From assembly GCF_009914755.1 (NCBI RefSeq), contig NC_060942.1: a stretch of DNA of 64,000 nucleotides; one strand, 5' to 3'. The stretch's first letter is position 1; the number at the start of each line of letters is the position of its first letter. Of this stretch, positions 29,354-47,109 are shown one piece after another. Origin of the DNA: the human T2T-CHM13v2.0 reference genome, Homo sapiens. Below the pieces are notes generated by a model. That model was not told where the DNA came from and searched no databases. It was given only the letters and a program-made list of their open reading frames with translations. A program made the translations under genes and the position numbers.

Positions 29354-30965
29354 TCAGAAGTTTGTTACCTAGGAAGCCTTTATTCCCTTCTTACCACAGG
29401 AGAAACTTTCTTTACATTTTGGGCAAGACTAAGTTTAGATCTAGTCTACATCCAGAGTTGTCACACAGTATTTTTAGAAATAGACTGGACTGACCCAGGG
29501 AAAGGAAATACTTTGAGAGCAAAACCTTCTAACTGCCAATATCTGTTTTACAAACTTTACAAGTCTGTGTTCCTTTGATGCAGCTTCCAAATCACAGGAC
29601 TTCTTGTTGACAACTCACCCTGCTTGAGTTCCGTCTTTGTCCCAGAAGGAAACAAAATGTATTTTTCCCCTTTAAACACAGAGGAATTTCTTTAGATAAC
29701 CTCAGAACACAATTATCCGGTCCAGTCAAACAATCTGAAGTTATAGTTCTGCTGCTGTCTCTGACCTAACTCCCTCTTCTTCCAATGTTTCACAGCTCTT
29801 TCTATTTTCATTTCCTTTTGATTTTTCAATTATCTCTATTTTGCTTACTGTGGGAACTTCTTTTGAAAGTGATTATTGACTTTGCTCTCAACTTGGTTTG
29901 ACTTAATAAATTGGTAACATAAATAAGACCTAAACTGGGCAGAAACAGAAAAAGAGGTTGTTCGTGTCAAATAACTACCTTTCATGTATTTGAAAGGTGA
30001 AGATTATAGAATGTCCAACTCTGCTTCTTTCTGGTGTGGGGACAATCTGAGCTGTGATAAAGTTTTGACATGGGAACAGAGCAGGATAAGCATGTGGTAG
30101 GACGGGAGTGGGGTGATGAAGGACTTTGGGAAGCTGCTGGATCAAATTTGAGAAAAAGAAGGTTCAAAAGGCATCCCAAAAGAGCACTAAAGCTGGTTTA
30201 GATTTAGTCATTCAATTGCTCCCCTCGTCTTCATTACCTCTGTGTAAAGACCTAATAACAAAGTATGAAAAAAACTGTGCTCTAAACCGGAAGGTGCTAA
30301 ATAAAAACGGCATTATTACTAATTACTTTAGCTAACTAAGTTGACTGAAAACTTATTCAATTCACATCAGCATATAATGCTATAAATTTTCCTACAAGCA
30401 CTGCTTTAGCTGTGTCTCCCACAAGTTTCGATATGTTGTGTTCTCATTTTAATTCCACTGAAAATGATTTTTAAATTCCCATTGTGACTTTTTAATGGGT
30501 TACTCAGCACTGTGTTATTTAATTTTAAGATATTAGGAAATTTTTCTGTTTTTGTTTTTTTAATCCGATTTAATTCCATCGTGGTCTGAGACTATACCTT
30601 GTATGTTTCTAATTCTTTTAAATTTGTTGAAGTTTGTTTTATAGCCTACAATATGATCTCTCTTGGTGAATGCTCCATATGCACTTAAAAAGAATGTATA
30701 TTCTTTTTAAGTCAGGTCAAGTTTGTTGATTGTGTTGTTAAGTTCTATATCCTTATTGATTTTCTTTCTACTAGTTCTATTACTTACTGAGAGAGAAGTG
30801 TTAAAATTTCCATTATAATTGTGGATTTGTTTATATCTCCTTTTAGTTCTATTAGTTTTTGCTTTATGTGTTTTGAAGATGTGTTGTTAGGTGCATACAC
30901 ATCATTATTTAATACTCTTCTGCATCTTCATTAATATTTTAGTTCTGAAGTCTACCTTGTCTGAG

Positions 30966-31063
30966 ATATATATATATACACAAACACATATATATATACA
31001 CACACTTATATATACATATATGTATATATGTATATATGTGCTATATATATATACACACACACA
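30966..31063. repeat. Compound (TA)n/(CA)n low-complexity repeat
   Basis: Direct reading. Confidence 0.9.
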
Positions 31064-31159
31064 TTCTGAGACATATATATATCTCAGAAGAAGGTTGTTT
31101 CTGCCAAATTCATTTATTTGAAAGGTGGAGATTATCGAATGCTCCAGTGGTTATATATA

Positions 31160-31638
31160 TGTTGGGAACAGGCCCCCAAATCTGTCCATAAACTGGCCCC
31201 AAAACTGGCCATAAACAAAATCTCTGCAGCACTGTGACATGCTTATGATGGCCTTGATGCCCACAACAGGTTTACCAGAATGAGGGCAAGGAACACCTGG
31301 CCCACCCAGGGCGGAAAACTGCTTAAGGTGTTCTTAAACCACAAACAATAGCATGAGCGATCTGTGCCTTAAGGACATGCTCCTACTGCAGATAACTAGC
31401 CAGACCCATCCCTTTATTTCAGCCCATCCCTTTATTTCCTGTAAGGAATACTTTTAGTAAATCTTATGACTGGCTTGCTGTCAATAAATATGTGGGTAAA
31501 TCTCTGTTCAAGGCTCTCAGCTCTGAAGGCTGTGAGACCCCTGATTTCCCACTCCACAACTCTATATTTCTGCATGTGTGTCTTTAATTCCTCTAGTGCC
31601 ACTGGGTTAGGGTCTCCATGACAGAGCTGGTCTTGGCA
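31160..31638 (+). mobile_element. MER9 (HERV-K/HML-3) solo LTR
   Basis: tgttgggaacaggcccccaaa...gagctggtcttggCA; 6-bp TSD TATATA typical of betaretrovirus-like ERVs; AATAAA near 31483. Confidence 0.9.
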
Positions 31639-32366
31639 TATATATTTCTTTTAATTAACATTTACATGGTGTATTTTTTTACATTTATATGCTATATATA
31701 TTTAAATGACATATATACATATTTTCATCCTTTTACTCTTAACCTAGTTCTTTATTTTAAAATGGGTTTCATGTGAACTGTGTAGTTGGGCTTTGCTTTG
31801 TTTGAGTTGACATGATCTGTCTTGATTTGTTATGTTGAGACCATTGACATCTGTGTCACTGCTATGTTTAGACTAAAATCTAACATCTGGCTAGCTGTCT
31901 TCTATTTGTTCTGTTTGTTAATCTTTCCCCTTTCCCTCTTTTTCTGTTTTTTTAATTAAATAATTTTTATCATTCTATTTTTCCTCAACTATTGATCTCT
32001 TGTTTATGTTTCTTAAACATTTATTTTTTTCCTATAGAAAACATTTCCTATTTTAATTTTAAATTAAATTAAATTTTAAATATGGATTTTTTCCTATTGC
32101 ATTTATGATATACTTTCATCATTATTTGTAGTTTATCCTTGAATAATTTTATTCTGCTTTATATATAAGGTAGGAGTCTCACACCAATATACTTCCAGTG
32201 TTTCTCTCTGATCTTTTGTGCTGCTGTTGTCAAAAATTTTACCTTTACATATGCTATAAACCAGCAACACAGTGCTACTACTTTTCCTTTAGACAGTCAA
32301 CTATCTCATAGCATGACTAAACATTAAGAAAGGAGTCTTTTTATTTACCCTCACATAATTTTCCTT

Positions 32367-32391
32367 TGTGTGTGTGTGTGTGTGTGTGTGT
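32367..32391. repeat. (TG)12 microsatellite
   Basis: Direct reading. Confidence 0.9.
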
Positions 32392-32631
32392 CTGTATACA
32401 TTTACAAACATACATATCTTCAACTTTCCCATTTCTTTTTGAGGATCCAAGTTTCTGTTATAGATTGTTTCTGCCTAATGAGTGCCTTTAACCATTCTTG
32501 TAGCACTGTCTGCTGGCAGTAAATTCTCTTACCTTTCATTTGTTTGAAAAAGTTATTATTTGCTGTGGTTTTGGGAGGTTTTTAACCTGAATTCTGAGTT
32601 GATTTTTTTCCTCCAGCCGTCTGAAGATGTC

Positions 32632-35208
<2,577 letters not shown>

Positions 35209-37859
35209 TTCTCATCTTTATTCTTCTGAATCTAAGATGTCTGATCTTTGGACTTCAGCTATTTGAATATGGTGTGTAGGTGTGTGGATTTCTTTTTCTA
35301 TTTATATTCTTTGAGGTTTTATGAGTGTATTGGATTCTTGCTTTGATTCTTTCATTATATTTGGAAAATTCTCAACAATTCCATCTTAAAATACTTCTAC
35401 CTTATTTTCTCTTTATATTCTGTCTCACATTTCAATTATACATATATTCAATCATTTGATATTGTTTAACAGCTCTTCAATACTCTGTTCTGTCTTCATC
35501 TCCTTTTTTACTCTTTTCTTTCAGGTGGGTAATATCTATTGACCTATTAAGTTCATTGATTCTTTCCACGACTGTGCTGACTCTACTGATAAGCCCATCA
35601 AGGACACTGTTCATGTTTGTTGCTGTTTCTTTTTCATAGCATTTCCAATTGATTTTTTGTTACAGTCAACATCTCTCTGTGAAATTCCGTATCTGTTCAG
35701 GACTGTTACTCAGCTTTTCCAATGGATCCTTTAACATATTAAACATGGTCATTTTAACTTCTCTGCTTGATAGTTCCAATATCTAGGTCATATTTGAGTC
35801 TAGTTGATAATTTTGCCTCTTGATCATGTTTTTTTTTTTCCACATGCTTTTTTGTACATCTCATAATTTTTTAATGAATCACAAATATCAAGGATAGGAC
35901 AGTATGGGCTAAGATAAATAGTATCTATGTCTGGAAACGGCACACTTCTTTTAGTAGGCCTACAGTGCTGGAGTTGGTCAATCTAGTTAGAAGTTGAGCT
36001 GGGTTTGGGTTTTGTTATTGCTATGGTTAACCTCAGTATATTACTAGCTTCAAATTCCTCTAGTGCTACCTTGTGTGTAGGTGGGGGCTATGGTATCAAA
36101 GGGCGTGTCTCAATGTCCCTGCTCCACCCTCAGCTTTCTGCTTTCTTTGAGTGTCTGCAACACACAGGGAGCTCTTCCTTGCTCTCCCCACTCAGAAGTA
36201 GAGTGCCATTGCTTGTTACCTGGTGCTTATAAGGCCGACGGGAGTGGAGCAGCGAAGAGGTTTTCCATTGTCCTGGCCCCCCAATAGTCTTAGGGAGGCC
36301 CTGTGTGTCTGGATCTTAGGAGTGGGGCTTGCTCTGTGATCCTGCCCCTCCTCCCAGTGTCAACCAAATTCTGCCTTGCATCTGGTAGATCTCCCATGAG
36401 AGATGGTTTCTCGTCCATCCCCTTGTGGTAGGAGACATCTAATGGTATTGGTGTAGGATCTCGGACTTAGGACTCTTTTGTACCCCTCACCCAGGTATGG
36501 AGATTGTTTTTTTTCCTTGTATTCTTTCCTTAACCAAAATGGGTCATACTTGTGCCTAGGGGCAGCACGATTTGCTGCTCCTTCTCTATCGGCTTAAGGC
36601 TTTTGTTCCATAACAGGGGCAGGCCAGATGGTGCTTAATATTTTTCCTGAAGTGGCCCATCCTCCAGGCTCACACCACCTAGAGAGGCTCTGTCCTGTCT
36701 CCAGCTCTGTCCTTGATCCTTCTCGTGGGCACCCAGTAAAGGTCTGTGGAAAAGAGCCTGTGACTGGGTAGGAGTTCCCTTTGTGCCTGCAGCTTCTGGG
36801 GTTCTGCACCCACACACTAGCCTACACTTGGCCTTTAGCAATTTGTTAAAAGGTTTAGCTGATTTCTTCTTTTAACTGTATGGAGCCTGATGCCTCTTCC
36901 TCCAGTGCTCACAACCCACATCGTCCTGGAGGAGCTTGTCTTTCTTAGGATTTCAGGCTACTTGTTTACGTGTGACCTCAGCTCTTTGATGGGTTTAAGA
37001 ACATTTATGACATGGTAGTTTATCTTGCTTTTCCTTAGCCTTGGTGGAAGTGGCAATTTGTTCAATTATATGTATTGTATGTGTATGTATGTATGTATGT
37101 GCATGCAATGTGGTTGATGTTTCCTTTCAAAAACACAGCTTAGAAAAGTGAAGGCTACATTACAACTATTGAATAAGAATATTTTAAGGAAGAAAACAGG
37201 GATAATTAAAAAAAGGAAAAACCCAATGTGACTCTATCTAGGCTTTGAGCTTTTTCCCAGTAACGGGAAGAAGGAAATAGGAATTTCTTAATGTTCTTTA
37301 TCTGAACTAGGTTCTGTGGGGAACCAGAGGGACCAAATGCTGATTTAACATTGGAAACCAGATGAGAATATGGGAAGCCTACTAGTCTCTTAAAAATATT
37401 TAAGAAGTGGATTTTGCGTTTTGTCTGAAAGGAAGAATTCCTCATTTGGACAAGAAGGTTATTTCATAAGTGCATATGAAAACAAAAGTTAAATCCAATC
37501 TCTGAACCTAAACATTAATCAAAAAAAAAAAGGTCTTTGATATACTTCTCCAACTTTGTACAATAAGGAGGTATAAGTTGGAAAACTCTATAGTAGCAGA
37601 GTTTGTTTTGTTTTTGTGTGTCTGTTACTCACTGAATAGTTAGGGGCATGGTAGCTGTTCTCTTCCTCTACAAGCAATCACCTTGTCTGCTTTTTATTAT
37701 AAAATTTGATGGCTTTTTTCCTGTTTTTATCTCTCTTGGTCTCATTGCACCCCTGCTTCCTGTGGCTTCTGTGAAGCTATACTCTTCTGGTTCTAATTCT
37801 GATGAGCCTCTCTTCTCTCCCTCACGCTTTTGACATGCTAATGTTCCCAGACTTTTCAA

Positions 37860-38350
37860 CCTCATATCCTGACCTCTTGCTTTTAAACTTCAATTTAATT
37901 TAAGACGCTCCACTTATTTAAATTTTTTAAGAGCACAAAGTGAACTTTTATAATTTTCTTCATGTGGTTCTGACATCATTGTTGTTAGGATTCTTCCTTA
38001 GTATTTTATGATTTTTACATCCTTTATGAATCAACCCAGCCTCCAATTATGTCATCTACTGTAATGACTGGAATTAAAAAAAATACTGATATGTATTATG
38101 TGGGACTTCTAAAATTGACATTAATTCAAAGAGATTTTTCTTAATTTTTCTTTGTTCCTTAGTTTTATCTCTTAGCTGTTTACATATTAATCTTATCTCT
38201 TTCCTTTTATTGTCATGGTCAGAACTTTTGGAAGCAATAAAAATAGTGAAGATGGTAATTTTTGTCACATTTCTGATTTTATTGAAAATGCCTTTATGGT
38301 ACACGGTTATGTATAACATTGATTGTTAATTTAAAATTAATTTTCTGTAT
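37860..38350 (-). mobile_element. Old L1M ORF2 fragment
   Basis: Degenerate antisense L1 motifs (gttaggattcttccttagtattttatg). Confidence 0.55.
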
Positions 38351-38475
38351 CTTTATCTTGCATTTCAGTTGTTATCTCTATATAGTCTGTGTTCTAATGA
38401 ACTTTTCTTGTTTGTGTCCTATATCATGTATATTGTTTTCTGTAGAATTGATTCTTTTCTTATTGCCTTAAATAA

Positions 38476-38847
<372 letters not shown>

Positions 38848-39942
38848 TGATATCTGCAATTTTGTTTAGACTTACCTTTCCTATCTTTTTAGTAGGATTA
38901 CATTTTAAATAATAAAACAAGGGTGCACTCCTCCATGCCCTTCTTCCCGTTCATTCAGTCAGCAGTATCACCTTCAACCTAATATAAAAAGCAAGATTCA
39001 GAATCTTGCTTGGATGACCAAGTAAAGAGGACCTGAGATATCTTCCTGAGAGCATTTGAAATTTCCTTTTGCCTCAAGAGGGGACCAGCTCTAAAACTCA
39101 GAAAAGACAAAAGTCTTAAAACCAAGACAAGATATGGCAAGAGTGGGACTTTTGAAAGAGATTTTTTTTCCGGTTTCATAAATTTGTGCCATTAACAAAG
39201 TTTTGGAAAGAGAATAAACAGAGACACTGGCCACCTTCCCCAATCAGGTACACATTTTTTCACTTGGCTGAGAGGGAGATTTATAGAGGGGAAAAGCTTA
39301 GGCTTGGATGCTTTTAGACATAGATGTATCCCCATGAGACGTCTGGGTGAACAAAAGAACCCCTAAAGAGTTCTAGTGATCTGGAAACAGGACAAATTGT
39401 ACTTCCTTTTCCAGGGGTGCTTTCTAACCTTGTAGAGAATTCTTTTCTTGCTAACAGGTTATATAAAGAATATAGGAGACAAGATAGTAAGAGATGATCA
39501 AGTAAAGAAGACCTAAGACATCTTCCCGAGAACATAAGAAATTTCTTGTGCCCCAAGTCAGGGCCAGAAAGACAGATAGGGCTGGTGGCCCTGGAGGGGC
39601 TGCATCATGATGGTGACAGGGTGTGTCTGTGGAATTTGACATCAACCTTCAACTGGAAACGACATAATATAACACACTAGATGCCAATTGGGATACACAT
39701 TGATGAATAAAGACAAGAAGGAAAGGGAAACAACTTCAGATTTGACTTCTCTCCAATGCCATGAAGCTACATCAGATTTCTCCACCCCGAGAACATAAGT
39801 GCCTCCTTAGAAAGAAGGAGGGGTAGGCGGAATCTTCGAAGTGATTTAATTTAAACCTGAATCGATCAGCAGAAACAAATTCTAAAGAGCCTGTGTTTAC
39901 CTGAAACTGCCTGAGATGATGATGATTATTTTTTACCTTTAG

Positions 39943-40313
<371 letters not shown>

Positions 40314-40709
40314 CTATTTCTCTCACATAGGCTTTGTCATGGCCTGTGAAAATGTAAACCCACCATATTTTATCAGAAAAACCTGTATATATTTCTCATC
40401 TGCTATATGTCCTTTTCACAGATATGCTTTTTCCTTTGCTTAAGGTACTTTTTGCCATTCTTTTTTTTTTTTCCCCTGGAATCTTTTCATAGGTTTCATT
40501 TATCTCATCCCTGAATGAAGAGTGAGTCAACTGACCTATATTTCCTTTGGACCCTCCCAGTTCTTTAGGATGCTGCCAGATTTGTCCTCTTAGATCTCAA
40601 GGGAGAATGGAGCCGAATAGGTTCAGAGTCCTCAGACAACCTTCTCGTGACGTGACTCACAGCTATGTTTAAAATCTGTGTCTGCTGGACTGAAGCAGAA
40701 GCTTTTTTA

Positions 40710-40920
40710 TAGGCTGCCTGGGTTAACGTCCTGGCTTGTCCATTTACTAGCTGTGAAGGCTGAGCAAGTTACTTAACCCTCCTGTATTTCAGTTTACCTA
40801 ACTATAAAACTGAGCTAACAATGGTACCTGGCAAAGTTGTAAAGATTACATGAATTAAGTTAATGAAAGTACTTAGATTAGTGTCTGGCACAAAGTAAAC
40901 ATTGTGTAAGTGTTGGTCGG
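40710..40920 (+). mobile_element. MIR
   Basis: tttactagctgtg...gagcaagttacttaacc...tttcagttt...gtgtctggcacaaagtaa. Confidence 0.75.
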
Positions 40921-40949
40921 TATATTTTTGTCATCATTATTCTTACAGG

Positions 40950-41570
40950 GGTCTCCTCTCTCTTTCAAATCCAGCTTATCTTCTGTTTTGTTTCCAGATT
41001 AATCTTTCTGCAGCACAGACCCACATATATTATTCAATTGAACAAACACTTTCAAAGGCTCCAATTGTTTACCACATTAAGGACCACCTTCTTGCCTTGG
41101 GATTCAAATAATTCTGGTACAGGGATCAGGACTTCGTCCCAACCTCTCACTAGTCTACTGCATTATGCTCAGTCCGTGGTGGGGATCTGATTGTTTCCTT
41201 GAACTTGCTCTGTTCTTTTCTGCCTCAGAGCTGTCCTTACTGCCCCTGGCACTTTCCATCTTCCCCATTTACATCTGTCTCAGCAGATTTAAATTCTACC
41301 TTCTCCAGGATGCCAATCATAATTTCCCCATCAAATGTAATCTCTTGGTCTTTGCAAGCCCCACTGTACTTTGTCAAAAGTGCTCACCACGTGGTACTGA
41401 GAACTATAGCTTCCTGCAATGTGGATGTAGTCATCCTCCATTTTTCCTTCCCTTCTGCCTCCAGACACCTCACAGGTAGGAGTTTAGGCTGATTTATCCG
41501 TGTATTCCCTAAAATTCCAGCCACATGCTTTTCATGCAATGGCAGTGCAACAGATAGTTATATTCTGAAC
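40950..41570 (+). mobile_element. L2 3' region remnant
   Basis: Pyrimidine-rich L2-like sequence (ccagattaatctttctg; ccttctccagga). Confidence 0.5.
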
Positions 41571-41848
41571 GGAACCAATACAGATAAATCCCAGTTAAGA
41601 ACTCTAGCACACAAAACAATTTTCTTGGTTCTACTTTTGCTGCATCATACAGCAGAGCTTCTTAACTTGCTAAAAACAAAAGTTTTAAATGTTTCGACAA
41701 AAATATTCAGATAGATATACTTTCCCACAGGATGTCAGAAACCATTGAATGTCAACAAATATAGTGGGATATTTTTCTACGAAGGAGGAAGTTGATACTA
41801 ATCATTCAGCATAATTTTAATCTCTCATATAATTGATGGCTGCAGATT

Positions 41849-42150
41849 CTTTTCCTTTTTCTTTTTTTGAGACAGGATCTCACTCTGTCACTCAAGCTGG
41901 AGTGAAGTGGCACAATCTTGGCCTACTGCAGCCTTGATCTCTGGGACTCAATCGATCCTCCCACCTCAGCCTTCTGAGTAGCTGGGGCTACAGGCCCACG
42001 CCACTATGCCTGGCTAATCTCTTTTGTATTTGTAGAGACGGGATTTTGCCATGTTGCCTAGGCTGGTCTCCACCTCTTGGGCTCAAGTGATCCTCCTGTC
42101 TCGGCCTCCCAAACTGCTGGGATTACAGGCAGGAGCTACCGTGCCCAGCT
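41849..42150 (-). mobile_element. AluJ
   Basis: gcagccttga...ctcaatcgatcctcccacctcagcc AluJ features; TSD gg(c/t)tgcagatt. Confidence 0.92.
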
Positions 42151-42889
42151 GGTTGCAGATTTCATACCAGCAGTCAAATTAAAGTACATAAAAATACAAG
42201 AAGATATTGTCTATTAAAATCTACAGAGAACATGAGTATTTAAGTTACAAAATATGGGGAAAAGGTTAAATGTCTTCACAGAATAAATCAATCAACAAAT
42301 ATTTATTATAAGTCACTGAGTGATATAAAAAAAGTAAAATAAGGCTTTTATACCCCAGGAGATAATGCAGTGGGTAAGATAGGAGAGGAGGCTGTTTCAC
42401 CAGTCCAGGGCTGCAGTGATTAGGATTGGAGAACAGCTGTGGTGAAGAGTTAGGTAAAAGGAAAGGAGAAGCAAAGCTGACTTAAAGAAAGAACAAATGG
42501 GAAATGGAGATTAAATAGGGGCAACGGAGAAAGACTAGTTTAAGATATTGCAACATTTTAAGCTATTGAGAAAACCGCCAATAGAAATATGGAAAAAAGG
42601 AGGAAATTATTGGGGATGGCAGTGGAAGAAAGAATAAGGACAAAATAAAATGCAATTTTAAGTGCACTGAGATTGTAGAAAGGTAAAATGTTCAGGTATA
42701 AATATCCAGAGGGCAGCAGATATTTGCATGGTACTTTACACTTTAAAAAGCCCTTTTATATTTATTATTTTGTTTGAGATCTTTAGACATATGGGCAAGT
42801 CAGATAGTTTAAGTAAGTTGTGTAAAATCCTAAGTCCAGAAGTCTGAACATGAACCTAAGGTTTGGACTCCTAGTACCCTTACAAGCAC

Positions 42890-43110
42890 TGGGTTTGTTA
42901 TCAGACCAGCTTTGGATTTACTTGCTTAAGTTGTTAGCTCTGTAACTTTACATAAGTTACTTCAATTCCTCTAAGCTGCATTTCCCATCCATACCTTGAC
43001 CTCCCAGGCTCAACTGATTCTTCCACCTCAAAACTATCTTCTAGTTTTGTTGTAAGAATTAGATGACATAAAGCACTTAAGTAATTGGCATATTCTAAAG
43101 TCTTAACAAA
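42890..43110 (+). mobile_element. MIR carrying a 37-bp internal Alu fragment (42994-43030)
   Basis: MIR core ataagttacttc...tttcccatcc resumes at ttgttgtaagaattagatgac. Confidence 0.7.
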
Positions 43111-43175
43111 TTTTACCCATTATATTATTTCTACACCTCAGCTGCTTCCCAGAGAGCCTGGAACTTGAAAATAGA

Positions 43176-43226
<51 letters not shown>

Positions 43227-43233
43227 GTCTATC

Positions 43234-43289
<56 letters not shown>

Positions 43290-43302
43290 GTCTGTCTGTC
43301 TA
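43176..43302. repeat. Compound tetranucleotide STR [TCTG]8[TCTA]4 TCTG TCTA TCA [TCTA]13[TCTG]3 TCTA
   Basis: Counted directly. Confidence 0.95.
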
Positions 43303-43310
43303 TCTTTTTA

Positions 43311-45592
<2,282 letters not shown>

Positions 45593-45722
45593 TGTACTGC
45601 AGTCTTGCTGCCAACTCTGACTTTATTCTATTTCTCCCTTGCCACTATATGTAACCATTGAAATTAATTTATTTTTTAACCTTCCAGTGTTTCCTAATGC
45701 CAATATATGTATATATTTAATA

Positions 45723-45854
45723 ATTATACACACATATATAATATACATGAATATAGATCTGTAACTGCCTATATATGTATAAATCCATATGCATTTGTAC
45801 ATATATAAGCAGTTACAGATCTATATTCATATATATTACATATGTGTGTATAAT
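45723..45854. repeat. 132-bp spacerless imperfect palindrome
   Basis: Arms 45723-45788 and 45789-45854 are reverse complements with 5 mismatches in 66 pairs. Confidence 0.95.
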
Positions 45855-46199
45855 GCATATATGTATGCATTTATACATATACAAGCAGTTATAGATATAT
45901 AAAACATTAAAGCAGTCTTTTGTGTATTAAAATTTCAGGTGCATTGGTATATATTAAAGCATTAAAGCAGTCTTCTGTGTATTAAAGGGAGCCATATATA
46001 TATGCTTTAAAAGGACTGCTTTAACATATACCAATGTATAAGAAATTTTGAAAATAATCTGATGAAGGAGTAAACTTTTTACCCAAAATAGATGTTCAAC
46101 TTTTCTTTCTTTCCCCAACTGTTCTAAAGGACTCCAGTAGGGGACCTCTGTCATTCTGGTGATTAAGTATCTATTGTGTCACTTTCTGGAAACAGTACT

Positions 46200-46688
46200 A
46201 CGCATTTTCTTTTGAGAAACGATTTTTGTCTTGGCATTGGCCTTATGGTTTGTGTAAATGGAATTCATACTCAGGATTCGAGGTGGGTTTATAAACTTTA
46301 GTCATTTTATTACAAGAGCCATATTGGGTTTAGGCATATGCTTTAAGCCAACTAGACTGAACTCTGGGAAATTGTTTGAAATGCTGAGACAGAAATGATC
46401 TCTTTTGTGCTGGATGTAAAGGAAAAAGCCCTTGAGCACCTATGAGAAGACTCAGCTATAGAATAAAAGCAACATCCTACAAAATGGAGCAGACAAAAGG
46501 CAGACACAGGATCACTGGTGATGTTTCAAGGCCCCTGGAGTAAGCCCTACTTACTCCATGAAAATGAAGTCGCTTCCTTCATCTCCCTTCAGATTTTTCA
46601 TAATCTGAGTTAACAAGTTCTCTTTAATTTTGGAGCTAATATGAATTAGGTTTTCTGTTACTTATAGCTGAAATGATCACACTGACAT
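46200..46688 (+). mobile_element. Old MaLR LTR (MLT1K/L-like)
   Basis: 3' end ggttttctgttacttatagctgaaa...ctgacata typical of MLT1. Confidence 0.55.
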
Positions 46689-47109
46689 AGTTTTTTTATT
46701 ATGTATAAATATCTACACATACTTGAATGTATTTTGGTATTTATTTCTATTCTCATAAGCAGTATGTTTATTCCTGTGCCAACATTAGTGTTTTAATTTC
46801 TTTAACTTTATTCTTTGTGTTAGAGAAACTTTATTACTCAGTCCCATGTTTCCTAGTGGGGAATTCCCACTTCTCTCTCCCATACTAACTCTCTCCTTCC
46901 CTTGGGAAGAAAAGTGATTTATGTGATTGAGAACATGGAGTTCTTGCCCTGTCTCTCTGGGACCTGCAGGGCCTGCAAGTGTGTACTCCTTTTCTGCTTC
47001 TTCTGGGGCTAACAGTATGTTTTGATACTTGGCGGAGAAAGTGTTTCCATATTCTGTAGTTTTTTTCCCTTTCTTCTTCCTCAGATTTCTTGGCTCTTCT
47101 TTCATGTTT

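Noticed and set aside
41165-41479. 104-aa ATG-initiated hydrophobic ORF
   Set aside because: Lies in a pyrimidine-rich L2-like remnant that explains the Leu/Phe/Ser bias; no homology or splice support.
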